A DNA stretch of 64,000 nucleotides, taken from Camelus ferus (Eukaryota). Position numbers and translations under genes: made by a program. The stretch lies in NCBI RefSeq assembly GCF_009834535.1, contig NC_045697.1, forward strand, positions 31,622,001 to 31,686,000. The letters are read 5' to 3'. Shown here one piece after another: positions 24,741 to 38,679 of this stretch (positions within the stretch are counted from its first letter, which is position 1; each line of letters begins with the position of its first letter). The notes under the pieces were generated by a model. The model saw only the letters and a list, made by a program, of their open reading frames with translations, searched no databases and was not told the origin of the DNA.

Positions 24741-25233
24741 CAACATCATATTTATTAGGAGTATACAGCTCAGAAAAAAGTGCGATCAAAGAGGTGGGGC
24801 TTTAGATATTCCATGTGATTAAGCACTAAGTTCTGCTTTCTGATTAACTGATTAATTTCAGGCCTATCCCTTCCAGGAACAATTACCCTCCTCAGGGTAT
24901 GCAAAACTGCTAAGTCTATCCTGTTATTGCCTCTGGGACATCTCGAGATAGCAAATATTTCCCCTGGGTTAAACAGCATGCTTTCATGCCAGAACAAAGT
25001 TCTGTTAATGGATGAGCTGGCTTTCTAGGACCATCCATTGTTTTACCCTAAGGAAATATCTGCCCTTCTTCGTGCCCCTATGGTCAATCTCAGGATTGCC
25101 CCTCACAAATTATCTTTAGCATAACACGTGTTATAGGTCATCTACTGCGTGAAACATTAAAACAAAGCATGCATGTGCATTTTAAGCAGGTAAGTGTGAA
25201 TATCGTATTTTAAGCTCATGGAAATTTAGGTGT

Positions 25234-25295
25234 GGCTTGTTTTCTAGCTGCTTGTTTTCCAGCTGCTTGTTTTCCAGCAGCTTGTTTCCCAGCAG
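25234..25295 (+). repeat. Four imperfect tandem copies of a 15-16 bp unit GCTTGTTT(T)CCAGCT
   Basis: ggcttgttttctagct gcttgttttccagct gcttgtttccagca gcttgtttcccagca. Confidence 0.85.
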
Positions 25296-27849
25296 GTAAT
25301 GGTTAAAATTTGTTAGGATTATACATTTCATCATGGGACAACTGAGACTATAAGCCTAGAATTTCCATAGGAACGGAGATCACTCCTCTGTCACTTCTTC
25401 TGTGAGTCCAACACAGCCCATAAATGGTGCTCCAGAAGTATGTACCAATAATGCATTCAGAGAGTTGTGGTGCAGATTGGTTCATAAATTACCTGGCACA
25501 TTTACAGGCACACATTAGTATGCATATCCCTCTTACTAATTTGAATTGGTCCTTTCATGTTTTTAACTTTTGAGATTTTGTTATAAATCATTTTTAGGGG
25601 GATGGCATCTTGCTGAAATAGTTAACCTTTTCTTGGATATTACTAATTGCTTTCACTGATCAGCATATTATATTTTATACTTAAAATTTATTTCACAGTT
25701 GGCTATTGTCACTAGCTCTTAAGCCGTACAAAATTCAATAGAAAAGGTGAAAGGCGTTAGCCAAAGAAGAGGAGATTTTCATGGATTTTCTTTAAAATAA
25801 CTGTGCGGTGGTTCAACATAAAGCTGCTTTTATTATCTTTCTGTGTCTGCAGCCCATGGGACACCCACAAGTCTCCAAGCAGATTATGGCTCTATGTAAA
25901 CGAAGAAAAGAAAATTAAAACTGTGAGAGCTTTCCCACCCCATGAGCAGCTCTGTTTAAAGAAAAAACAAATGGCTTTCCTTTGCATGTCACAGAGAAAC
26001 AGGTTTAAATCACTAGCGCTGTGTAATGTGAGACGTTTAGAAATTCAGCAAAGCATTAAGAAGAAAACGCTTCTGATGGTAAGGAGCAGCATCTGATTGA
26101 CATAGCTGTCCTTCTAAAGGGTCTAAATGCTTCATTTACCTCAAAGTATAGCTCAGATCACTCAGACAGTTCAAAAACAGGTGAGAGCTTGCTTTGACAA
26201 CAGTCCTTAAGAATTAGTTTTAGATTCTGTTCCTTTGTTAAATGTGATTATTTGCCCTCATCCTTGATTTCTCTTTTTCAAAGGTTTAACATTTAAATTT
26301 GGAGAGAATAAATTTGCATCATAAATATTCCAGATTAGTAAAGGATTAAAAACAGTTACTGAACCAATCTCCAGCAGGTTCTTAAATGGAGTCCACAATA
26401 AAAACTACATAAAATTTAGTGTTTTAGCTATTAATACAAACTATTAGTGGGTAATACAAAATTCTTCTTGGTTCACAGTAGCCACAAAGTACACGTTTAC
26501 TAATATGTGAAGTGTCTGATACAATGCTTGAGACACTGTAGGGATCAATATGTGGGTGAGATTAAGAAGCTAGGCTTACTAATGAGATAAATTATTTTTT
26601 ATTTTCAATGAAGTAAACCAATCATTATTGGAAAGCTCTTATTTTATGCACATCAAATTGATTGATTAAAAAGGTGAAGTTAACTCTCCAAGTAAAAGAT
26701 TTCAGAGTTTCATTCTGTTCAAATTTACATAATTAGAAGAAAAATTAACCAAGAATTTTGAACAAACCAGAATTTTAAACACATTCCAATGAAAAAGAGA
26801 ATTTGCTAAGAAATGCAGTTACAATATAAGGCATTACTATGGTATAGATTCAAGTGAGAAGTCTAAAGACAGTGAAAAATCAAGGAGTGAAAAAAATGCA
26901 TTAAAATTGAATATATGGAAAACATTTTAGAAATAATGCTTTTTTAACCTGTTAAAGGAGCCAAACTGAAGACAATCTTGATGTCTCAATATGAAACAAG
27001 TTTGTCAGTCTTTCATGTATTTTCCCAGTTTTTTCCACTGTATTTGCACTGGTATTTTCCATGCACATGCCAGTGGCACCACACTGGTAACACTATCATT
27101 CTTCAGAATAAAAATTCAAGTTACTTTGTTATCATAGGAAAATATAACAATATTTTGATAACTTAAGTTGCTCCAAAACAAAATATCATAAGATTAGAGT
27201 TGAAAATAACTCTTCATCCTTCTGTGCTGTGATTGGTACATTTTACTAGAATACACTTGAAATTTAGGTAGTTTGCACAGCTTTTTAAAAGGCTTTTGTC
27301 TTTTTAAAGCCTCTACTTCCACAGGTGATGTATTTAAACGATTAACAGGAGTGTCAACAGCCTCGGGTTTTGTGCGAATTCACTCAAATGATAACAATAA
27401 ATCTTTTTTTTTTAATTACTTACTTATATTTTGAGGAAAATAATTTTGATGTTATATTGATTGATTCATTATGATACACTTATATAAATAAATTCATGCT
27501 CAGAATCATAATTGCAGGCACTGAAACATCCTTAACTGTTAAAATACATTTTTAATGTTTCATGCTCTCTAAGATAAACAGGTGCATTGCTACATTTTAG
27601 AGAGCATTTAGTCAAGGTTGAATCAGAGTAATGCCTGCATAATAAATCAGTTAATAAGAAAACATCAAGAAAGCAGAGTCTGAATTCCTGAGCATTTCCA
27701 ATATTTACTTATGCCTAGATTTTTTTTTAAATTAACTGCTTCCTTCCATTTGCCTGAAATTCTGTATATCATCAGATTGTAACTAATGACAGACATCAAT
27801 GTAGGTATTGATCTTTTCCTGAAAATTTGAGACCCACAATTTTCAGAAT

Positions 27850-30050
27850 GAGGCAGAAATTTAGCAGATGATTTCCTAGCCCCACCACAAATAAGTCTCT
27901 TCTTTCTTGACTGCTGGCTTCTCCAGTGCTCCATCCTTCTCTGAAGACTCCCTAACCAGGATCAGTGACACCTTCCCTCTACTGCCCCACTATTAAGATC
28001 AGCATCCACGGTGATTTGAGCACGGAGGTCCATTGAAGATCCATTCAGTATAACTCACAGTTTTTTGATCTCCTCAGTTAACCACTTATCTACCCTCAAT
28101 GTTATCTTCCACAACTTTATCAAGGTTTCACTTTGAAACTTGCCCCTGTGTGGTCATCATTTCTACCTTTCATCTCACTGCATTGCTGTTCCACTCTGAC
28201 AGTTAGAAACACAATGACTCTTACAGTAGACATGACAGTCTCATGTTCTCAGTTCCCTCGGAACCCATCCCGAATTCTATGGTCCTGTGCTCTGTTCACT
28301 CCTTTGCAAACCTGTAACTCTTTCCTTATCGCTCCTTTTTCTTTCTCACCTAACAAAATTCCAACCCTAGTTAAATCCAGGATCTCATTTTTGTTTAGCC
28401 AAAAGTTGCTGTTGAGAAATACACAGAAGTTTTGGCTGAAAATAATACTAACAGAATGTATTATTGTTCTTTCCTTAAAATTTTATTTTCTCACAGTCTA
28501 TGACTACTATTTACACAGTCTCATCCTTAACCCTCCATCACTTCCTGCTCTCCTAAATCTTAGTTAACATTTTCTATAAATTATAGAGAAACATAAGTAC
28601 CAGGTGAGCTTTCCTTTTCTCATCAGTTCCAATAAGCCACTGACACCTGTACCACACATTCTGTCTTCCCTCTTACAATAATGCAAGAAGTGTTTCTGTC
28701 TTTTGTGTTGTTGTTGTTGTTGTTGTTGTGTCAGGTCTCAAACTTTTGGCAAAAGCCAACAGTCTATTCTCTGACTCATCTTACTCAACCCTTGTCAACA
28801 TTTGATACCAGTGACAATTCCTTCGTAATACTTTCTTCTCTGGAATTCCAAGATGTCACTTCTTTTACTTCTTTTTTTCCATGAGGTTCCTTCTTACACA
28901 TGGCTTTTACTGTTGGCTTTTTTCCCTACTAGGCCTCTAACTATCATGATAACCAGGATACTATCTTTGGTACTCTTTTATTGAAATCTGCATTCTATTT
29001 TATTTTCTGCCTTCTAAATTATTTTATCCAGTTCAACAGCTTCAAATATGATTCTAAGGTTACATCTCCATTCTGGCCTCTCTCCTGAGCCTTGAGCTCC
29101 TAAAACATATATATTATAATTATATATATATTATAATTATATAATTTAATTTTAATTCAATGTTCAATTTAACAATCATCCTTAATTAAACATGATGGAA
29201 ACAGAAGTCTAAAACTTTTCTCATTGAAACAATTCTCATTTAAGTTTTCTCTGACTCAGTAAATGATACCATCATTCATTAAGTTGATTTATCTTTGATT
29301 TTTTTCTTTTCTCATAAATTTTTTTTCAGTATATCAGCAAGTCATGCCATTTCTACCTTCAAAACGTATTCATTTCTCAAAATTTCAGCTACTAATTTTA
29401 TAGCTCAAGTCACCATCGTCTCTAACATCAAACCCAAAAATAGACTATCACTTGATCTCCCTGCTACCGTTACTGCCTCTTCAAATGTTAGTCAACATAA
29501 TTGTTCTAAAATAGAAATCAGAGCTTGACAATTTCACTGAACATCCTCACAAGTTTTCTTATTACTCAAAATAAAATCCAACTCCTTAACAATAGAATTT
29601 TATCAGGCCTCTGATAGCATCTTCAAACTTCTTCCTCCTTTCTTACTAATCAGTAATCTTCTCATTGACAACTTCAGCTTTTTTTTTTTTTTTTTTTGTC
29701 TTCTTTTCTTCTCCTTAAGCATGAAAAGTTTGTCACCATCTTAGGGTCTTTGAATTTGCTTTCCTTGTTTTTTGGGTTCTTTCCACAAGGCTGCCTCCAT
29801 TTCCTAGTCCAGGTCTCAATTCAAATGATTCCGCCTCATACAGCCTTCTCTGGCCACCAACTCTGAGCATCACTGTGAACATCTTATTTAATCTTCTTCA
29901 TAACATTCACTAATATCTGCCATTATCTTACATGTGTATTTGTGTGTCCATTAACTGTCTTTCACTCTGTAGCATAAACTCCTTGTCAAAATTCTTGCTT
30001 TTTCTTACTATATTCTAGCAATAAGAACAGAGTCTAGCACAAAAAAGAGG
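27850..30050 (+). mobile_element. Long fragmented L2 remnant
   Basis: 'ctctctcctgagc', 'ctcagtaaatgataccatcattc', 'aaataaaatccaactcctt', 'aggtctcaattcaaatg', 'agagtctagcaca'. Confidence 0.65.
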
Positions 30051-30369
30051 CAATCTAGGTAAGATTTTTGCTAACTTTCTGATTGCAGAAGGAAGAGCTT
30101 TAGTATTAGTTTGTTTGTCAGAAAAGGAGAGAGAGGGGTACATATTGATATAAAAGATCAGGTCACAGGTTATACTACTAAAGCTTTCCTCTTCCAAAGT
30201 TAGAGGGGCTGAGTAAGTGGATATAATCTATGTCCCATCGAGGAGACTTCATGTTTGATCATTTTCCCAGAATCATTCTAAAGTCTAGCCCGTTGTTAAG
30301 CAGTGATTTGGGAAGTACCCCTCTAGGAATTTCTAGCAAAACTTTACTTATGAAGGCATGTATTTTCAA

Positions 30370-31170
30370 CTTTAGAACTCAATGGATATTTATAGAGTGC
30401 TTGATATGCACCAGAAACGGTGTCAAATTTAACAGTCAAGAAATACTAGTTTACTGTTTTCATAGAGCTTGATATTAGTGAGATCAGTACAATTTAAAAG
30501 TCTGGTGTCACGGAATCCAAGGAAATAGAGTACTCGAAGAATAAGAAAAATGGGAAACTATGTATTCAGTGCAGGTCAAGTAAGGTAAGCACTGAAATGT
30601 GTATATTGAATTCAATGGCCAGGAAACTATTAGTCACTTTAAAAGGAGCAGATCTGATAGAGATGCTAAGGAAAGAAGTGTGCAATTTTTCCTATACTAG
30701 GATTAGAATGAGTACAGCTTTAAAAAAAATGATAGATATAAGCATAAATGTAAAGAAAATGTGTTTGCTTCATTTCAACAAAGAAGAAGCTTTAAAAATG
30801 AAAATACTGCTGGAATGAGCTGGTTGAGTGAGAAGAACTGAAGATAAAGTAGGGAAATTAAAAATGTTTTAAATATCAGCATCCTACGAAGGGAGAAAGA
30901 CATGGAAATTTAAAACAAACATTGAAAAGAGGCCCAAGTAGAAGGACATGCTGGCTGTGAAATCACTTAATTTTGTAGACTTGGGATAAGAAGAGAAAGA
31001 AATGTTTAAGTGATGGTTTGCATATTTTTCCGAGGAATTATAAAAAATAATTTCCCTAATATCTATGGCAGTAGAGAGAAAATCAAAGGTTTGGAAAGGA
31101 TGGAGAAAATTTTTAAAAAAACACTGGAATTAGGAGAAGGTAAGACAGAGAAAAGAATTGCTGAGTGATA
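30370..31170 (-). mobile_element. L2 remnant
   Basis: Purine-rich: 'ggtgtcacggaatccaagg', 'aggtcaagtaaggtaagcactgaaa...ttagtcacttt'. Confidence 0.55.
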
Positions 31171-31175
31171 TGAAA

Positions 31176-31380
31176 CAGTGCTGTCAAAAAGAACTTCCTG
31201 CAGTAATAAAAAGATTCTATCCCTCTACTGTCCAAAACTATAACCACTAAAACACAAGGCCACTGGACTCTTGAAATGTGTCCAGGGCAGCTGAGAAACT
31301 AACTCTTTAATTGTATTTCAATTCAATTAATTTAAATGTAAATAGCCACATGTGGTTAGTGGCTATGATACTAGTAGGCT
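31176..31380. mobile_element. MER3 hAT-Charlie MITE
   Basis: 'cagtgctgtc..aagaacttcctgcagt...cttgaaatgtg...ttaatttaaatgtaaatagccacatgtggttagtggcta'. Confidence 0.85.
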
Positions 31381-32984
31381 AGGAACAGAGAGACTAACCA
31401 GGCGTCTATGTAGGTAGGGAAGTTTTCTCTGACAACGTTAATCTAAGCTAAAACAGGAAAGGGTACTTGGATTCAACCACATCTGGTTGGGTTGAAGACA
31501 GGGTCTTGGATTATGGGGTTTGGAATCCAGGACAGCAAGTAAGAGAGTGTAGTATAGCCATACGAGAATAAAGGTTATAGGAAGGTCCTGGGCTCTACAG
31601 TAAGCGTGAAAGGAAGTGAATAGATATAGAAATGAAGGAGACAGGTCAGAGGATTGGAGTTGTAGTAGTAAGAGTGAAACATCTAGAAGAAAAGCAATGG
31701 ATGGTTCAAAAGTGGAAAGATCTATTCCCTTCAAAGCAGAAATGCCACAGCTCTGGCATAGCACAGATAACTGGTTTTGGTTGCTTTTCATTCATGCATA
31801 GGTTTGCTCATCAGTTAAACATTTATTGGGCACCTTCAATGTGTCTAGTGTTGAAGCTTAAAGATGAATTGACTTGCATTGCCTCTGCTATCAAGAAGCT
31901 CACATTCTAGTGCGAGATACAGAGGGGCAGAGTTATAATGAGATTACGTCCATTGCTCTTAGCCTTCCTTTAAATGTATATGTTGTTTTTAAAAGTATGA
32001 TATCTGTCTAAATGTTACATAACTTGAAGTCAATATCATGTAATCATGATGATCCTACTTAACTTTGAATTGATCACAGATCCTGTAATCAGGAGCCATA
32101 GTATAATTAATTCAGTCTGTGTGGTGATAAGACTTTTTAAGTTTATTTAGCAGTTTTCAACACCAAAAGCCCCAATTTGCTGCCAACTATTTTAACTGTT
32201 TCTTACTCCCAGCTGCTTGATTCCTACGCCTACCTAAATGTCACTCGTCAAGCCCTAAGGAAATCTGTGGAATAGACGTTAATTCCTTATCAGAGACTGG
32301 TTGCTCTTCCAGAATCATTGAACAATTAATGTCCTCACTCCTTTGTCCTCATATCCCATTTTCTCTGGTAAATCTTCTCATGCCAGTGCCCTGCCTACTA
32401 CTTTTACAGCATTCTCCTTGGGTAAGATTCATAACACATCTTAACCATTTATTTATCACAAACTTTGCTTCAGTATTTCCAGATTTAACAGAGCTCCTAT
32501 TATGTAACAGTGTATGTAATTAAATCTATAAATCACGGTTCTTACTGAACCAACTAGTATGGAAGACACAAATGCTTCTGGAGTTAAAGCTTGATAAAAG
32601 TCATTTTATCAACATGATGTACTTGCTCTGGCACCACATATTCTAAACACAAATCCATACAGAATATATCATATTTTGACAGGATTTTTAAATTATCAAC
32701 TAGCACTATTGTGTTCTTGCTTCATCACATCAAGCTTGGCATATTCAATATCCTACAGAACAAATGGGATTTCTCACAAAGGTAATGAATTTGGGTTACT
32801 TTCGACTCTTTTATATATATACTTTTTCCAAATATTTATACCTTTAACTCCAAAAATTAGAAAATATCCTAAAATTGGTAGTAGGAAATCAAGAATAGTG
32901 AATGCAAAGAATTCTGTGTCACGTGGATTAATTTTTATATAAAAAAAAAGCAAGGGCTAATAACTGTGACATCCAATATTAATC

Positions 32985-33140
32985 ATTCCCATACATAGGG
33001 TTATTCTTATAGAGGAAGAACTGAGGTTCAGAAATCCTACGTAAAATGCTTAAAATAATGATACTGGTGAGCACTGAGCCATGATTTCTGCAAAGGTCTA
33101 ATTTCGATGTTTAAGCTCTTGATACTTAGATTGCTTTACC
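32985..33140 (-). mobile_element. MIR fragment
   Basis: 'ttatagaggaagaactgaggttcaga...ctggtgagcactgagccatgattt'. Confidence 0.6.
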
Positions 33141-33499
33141 TCCATTTAGAAAAAGTGTTTCCATTGGGGGAAATGAGCTTTTTTTAAGTAAATAAAAAAT
33201 GTATATTTCAAGTCCTAGCATTGACTGCATCTTCTCAGATGACTTCACTTTTGTAGGCTTGACCATGAACAACCTGAGTTGCAGCAGCAGCAGAATAGAT
33301 GACAGAGATTAGGCCAACGGTGGATGGGACTGGGAGATTTAATCTGATTGTGAGTACGACCTACTCGAAAGTAAAGGAAGCAGAGCAAACTAGTGTGGGC
33401 TCTAAGTTGACTCTGTCATCCACACGATCTGGTCTGGAAGGATGGTTCACGGACATCAGGCTCTGGAGGCTGCAATATCTTCCCATGTGTTGAAATATT

Positions 33500-33687
33500 C
33501 TTGTAGAGAGTTCATATTCATTAACGTTGTGTAATTTTCTTCATGTAAGATCTATTCACTTCTTATTGGATAGATACCTGTTTAATGATGTTTATTTTTC
33601 TATTATGAATGGGAATTTTTATTTTTATTGTTTTACTATTGCTTGTATACAAGAACATTTTTTCTTGTCTTTGTGTGCATGTACGGG

Positions 33688-33736
<49 letters not shown>

Positions 33737-34350
33737 TCTGCTTTTATCTCATTGCCAGTCACTTCTGTAAACTCTGTAATTCTAAGCATTTTTTTTCATT
33801 GATTTCCACTGGCTTTCTATGGATCATGTAATACTGCCTGAAAATAATTATGACTATGTCTCTTATTAATTTCACCCAAGATACAATAAACACTCAGGTC
33901 TATTTCAGCTGCTAAAATTTTTTTCAAGCTGCAACCCATTTAGGCATATATAAATCTTACATTGACTTTGCTCTGTCTTCTCTGTGTATATCTCCTGTCT
34001 AATCACTTTCTTTAATATTTCTTTCACTATAATCTTTATAGAAAATCTCATAATTTTATCCTACACATATATTGTTCCTTTTTATTCAGTGTTAATTATC
34101 ATATTTTACAATCTCTGATTTGTATTTTATGTACTTAGCAAACTTTGAGTTGTTGTGAATACTTTTCTGAACCCAAGCAAGTTTTTCTACTTTAGATCTA
34201 ATTTTCAATCCACTTTTTCTTTATTGCTTCCTATAGCTTTTCATACATTCTAGTGAAATGATCATACAAACTTCTACAAGTTTCTTCTTATGTTTTTAGT
34301 AAAATATAACAAAAGGGTTTCTCTTTATCTGTATTCTCATGCACTTGTTA
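33500..34350 (-). mobile_element. Old L1 remnants
   Basis: T-rich degenerate L1-like text such as 'ctattatgaatgggaatttt' and 'gatttccactggctttctatgg'. Confidence 0.45.
33689..33732 (+). repeat. (TG)22 microsatellite
   Basis: Directly visible. Confidence 0.95.
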
Positions 34351-35369
34351 CTAAATATTCATGCATAAGATACTCTTTGTGACATAGACCCCACTATGGT
34401 TTAATTTCTTCAAACTAAGAACATTTCATCTAGTACAGGAGTTTGCCTATAATGTGTAAAGCAATGAAGGAGACAAAACAGGTAAATTATCTCTTGCCCA
34501 ACAAAATAGATGACATTTTCATTTGGGTGGAGGTGGGAGGTCCCAGCTATTTTGATCACCATGGTATACCTAGTACTTGGCAAAAATGCTCAATGTATTC
34601 TTAAATGGATGAATAATAAAATCTCGTTCTTAGTTAAGACTCAGTTGATAAGCACAGCTTCTGGTCTAATTAACAGTAGCTATCAGACATTCATCTTTAC
34701 TGATCTGAGGTAGACTTTTCCCCTTCCCAACGGAATAGTTCTACGACCACGTGAAGTTAGTAAAGAAAACAGCCGCCCTCTTGCAAACACACATACACGA
34801 ACACGCATGGGAACCCAGCAGTCCCTGCCCCGCAGGCCAAGCCAGGCTTTCACCGACTCTTACAGGGCTTTACGTGTGAAGCTCCTTCACATTTACTGGT
34901 GGGGGCGTTATTTCCCTGTTTGCGCTGTGCCATGGGCAGGCCCACCACTTTGATTTTTGTGGGAATTGTAGTCTGAAAGTGTGGAGACCAAGAGCAGAAC
35001 CTAAATACTCAAAACCTTGTGTAACGTTGGCAAGTTTTCCTGATGAGTTCACAGTGGCAGGAATCAAAGAAGAAGATGTGTTTAATCTTGCCATGTGTCT
35101 CCCAGTAGAGCTCTTTTGTTAATGGAAAATCTTCCTGGACTCGAAGAATTTGTCAAATCAAATGTGTTAATTTTTGATGCTCTCATGAGTTTCTTTCTTT
35201 TCAATATTTTCACCTTGTTTTTTCCTTCCCTGCTAGCCAGACAACATTTTATTTTGGAAGAGATACTTGTTCTGTTTAGGATTATATGATTACTCTGAGA
35301 TGCCGTCTTCCAGGATTAAAGCTGGCTTTAATAAACAGTTATGTATATGTAATATTTTCTCAAGAACTG

Positions 35370-35800
35370 TATAAGGGCATGGAAGAAATTGCTGTTGCCC
35401 CCAATATTGGTTTACCTCTTAATTCAATTATTGGAAAATGGCTATTCAACAAAATCCTACATTTCTCAGCCTCCCTTTTTGTTAGCATGGCCAAAAGGTT
35501 AAGTTCTGGTCAGTGGGAGGTAGGTGGAAGTTACTATGTCACAGATTCCAGGAAACCTTCTTACAAGACGATTGGCATAAGTTTTACTTTTTTATTTTCA
35601 ACCCTTCCTTCAAGGATGTAGGATTAAAACATGGATACCTGGGCTGTAAATGTCACTCTCCCGAACTAAGTTATTGAAGCATCCATAGAGCGACAAGCTT
35701 GAAAAAGTCTAATTTCTTGAGTCTTTGTAGTATGAAGAGGGTTTATTTTTCTGGAATTATAATTTAATACCTTGTAAATTATTTTCTGTTTTATTTATGA
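35370..35800 (+). mobile_element. MLT1 (J/K-like) remnant
   Basis: 'ctacatttctcagcctccctt...catggcca...taagttctggtcagtgggaggtag'. Confidence 0.55.
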
Positions 35801-36599
35801 ATATGTTAGCAACAATTCTTTGTGTGGAAGATGATAGGGGATAAAAATAAATGAAATACCTACCCATTATTAGATGGGGAAAAAAAAAAAAGGTCACCAT
35901 TTCAAATAAAAGTAAATCTCTTGGAATCTCATGCGATAGAACTGGTAATTTGAAGACACACATGTGTCAGGAGTCAATGTGGGGATAGTGTAGGTGGTAT
36001 ATCATTTGACTGCTCCTCGAATAAAAGTTATTCATTTGAACCTCATTTAGTCAGAATTGGTGATAATTTAAAAGGAACTCATCATTACCTAGGGGAAATG
36101 GCTTGACTTTAAAATTGACAATATAAACATAGTTAACAGATTTTTGACGTGCCATTTTAAATGTAAACAAAGATATTCTAATCTCTGATTTCCCTCAACT
36201 GCTAAAAGCAGGTCCCCAAACGCCTAATTTAGATGGCACTTCTTGATGCTTGAGTTCCTGTGTGTCCTGAGTAGGAAGAATACTCTCTCTGATGAACTAT
36301 TCCCCGATGAAAATGTCTCAGTCATTTAGAAAAGTTTCATTTTAGACCAGAGACGTGAAGGGAAAAGTTATCAGAAATTTTAGCAGCTTTTCAAGAAAAG
36401 ACTTTCACAATATGTCAGGCCAAATAAAGCATAACCTAGAGACTTCCAGCTCCACCTGGAAGGTCCCCACACAAGAGTGGGAAGGGCTGGCCAGGGAGAG
36501 GAGGCTCAGTGGTGCTGCAGCTTCAGTTTTTCACTCTTTAGTTAACAATTGATAGGGAAACTTAAAATAATCTTATCTTTTTCTATCAAAATGATGAAT

Positions 36600-37185
36600 A
36601 TACTTACCCAGAACTCCACTTCTAAGACTACATCCCACAGATATTATTGCATGTGATTAAAATGCATTTGAGAGTTTATTAGTTGATTTTTATTTATAAT
36701 TCCAAAGGATGGGTAACAACCCAGTGTTCATGAATATAGGACTGATTAAGTCAACTATGAAATATCCACACAACAGAATGCCTGCAACTGTTAAAAATAT
36801 GAAGGAAAAAAATAAGGAAACTCTCCATGTGCTAATGTAAGTAGATGTCCAAGGTATTCAGTCGGACCATTAAGAAATTTGTGAGTTAAATGTAATAGTA
36901 CTTGGGCAATTTTATTTGGTTCCTATTACTCAATCTAAATCAAGCAAAAAAAGAAACACAAGAAATGCAGACAATGCACATATCATGTTAACTTTTGTGA
37001 AAGAAATGGAAGAAATAGTTGATTCTTTATGGTCGTATTTCCTTGGAAACAGAGACATTAATAAAGTTAGGTACTTAAGTAGTGGAGTGAGAGGGGACAG
37101 TGTTGAGAATGAAGATTTTCACTTTCAACAGTTGTACATTATTTCATTTGTTAACCAAGTAAATACATTACTTATTTTTTAAAAG
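36600..37185 (+). mobile_element. L1ME 3' remnant
   Basis: 'acccagaactccacttctaag', 'aacaacccagtgttcatgaatatagg', 'atatccacacaacagaat'. Confidence 0.6.
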
Positions 37186-38059
37186 CACTTAATTTTTGTC
37201 TACATTAAGCATGATGAAATTTAACTCAGTTTGTACGTTCTTTTTTGGAAGAATTTGTGCTATAATTCTTAAATAAATAAAGGGAAAGAATAATTGAGAT
37301 ATCAGTTGCTTCCAAGATGTCCATTGTCTAATCAAATATTCATAAAAACATTTTTAAAATTATAGAATGTTAGAGCTTTTAAATACTTTGTGTAAAAATG
37401 GCATTCTCTTCATATCATTTTGTGGTTCAAATGTATGCATATAAAAGGCTTAACTTTCAGTATTCATGCCTGAGAAATTAAAACATTTTCCCACAGCATT
37501 AACATTAGTTTTCACAGTCTTATGAGTTTCTCCAGCAAAATGTTTAATGATATCTCTTCCTTTACTACATATGTAGATATTACAAGGGGGTAAATGGCCA
37601 TTAAGAGTAAAATTTACTACATTTAATGAGCACCTGCTTAGACTGCGGGTCAGTGTTTTTGATGAAACATTTACTAGCTACTTATTATAATTTGCATCAT
37701 TAGGCCTTTTAAACTGCAGCTCCCATAAGAAGAAAAACATTTTCTTAACCCACTTTGTAAGTGTTTATAATGCCTGCTGATTTTCAGCTGTGAAAGCGTC
37801 ATTTATTATATTCACAGGTTTTTATGGAGAAAGAGGCTTGGATGAGCTTTTCTACTAACAGTCTTTCTCATTTGATTATATCATTCTACCCCTGGTGTGT
37901 ACGGAGGATTTGAATTCACTCAGCTGAAAATTCCTCCTTTAGATCCTATACACATGTTTTGCCAGCCTCAGTTTTTATATCTAAAGAGAGAATAAATGGA
38001 AAGAATGGGAAAAAATGTGAAATGTATGAAAGGTGATTGTCTGCACCTAAGTATCAAAT

Positions 38060-38300
38060 GGAGCACCTTTTTATATAATACCTGCCATGTTAGACGCGTA
38101 ACTTACATCAAAAGCATCTAGTGCCCTTTAGCGACCTGTAAGGTCTCTATGTTACCCACTATCAGACCCATAGCAAATAAAAAAGAAACCTCAGAGGTCA
38201 AACAATGCGTTCCAGGTCACATGGCATTACGTAGTAGAACCAGGAGCGAACCCAGGCAGTTTGGGTCCAGAATCTGTGTTCTTGGGCATTATACTATAAA
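38060..38300 (-). mobile_element. MIR
   Basis: 'aagaaacctcagaggtcaaac...ccaggtcacatggc...gtagaaccaggagcgaacccaggcagtttg'. Confidence 0.7.
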
Positions 38301-38679
38301 GAATTAACAGATAATGAATAGAATTTGCACTTTGATGATTGAATATATGAATGAATGAATAAATGAAAGAATGAATAATAGTTTAAAACAACGGAATGAA
38401 CAATACTACAAAACCGATATAATTCCAAGTCTAGGTCAATTAACTTTCTCAGCCTTAGTTGCCTCACCTTCACAATCAGACCACTGGACTATTAGATGCT
38501 CCCTTTCATTTATAATAGCTGAGATTTTATGATCCATAGATAAATATAAAACACATTTTTTCTCAAACCCAAACTTGTTCTCTTCTACTAGTCTTTCTAG
38601 AGAGATTACAGAATGGATAAAAAGAATCCAATTCTTCATTAAAAAAAAAAACAAAAAACTTTTAACACAATACCCACCA

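Noticed and set aside
28133..28567. 144-aa ORF with a hydrophobic N-terminus
   Set aside because: Lies within pyrimidine-rich L2 remnant sequence and has a non-ATG start.
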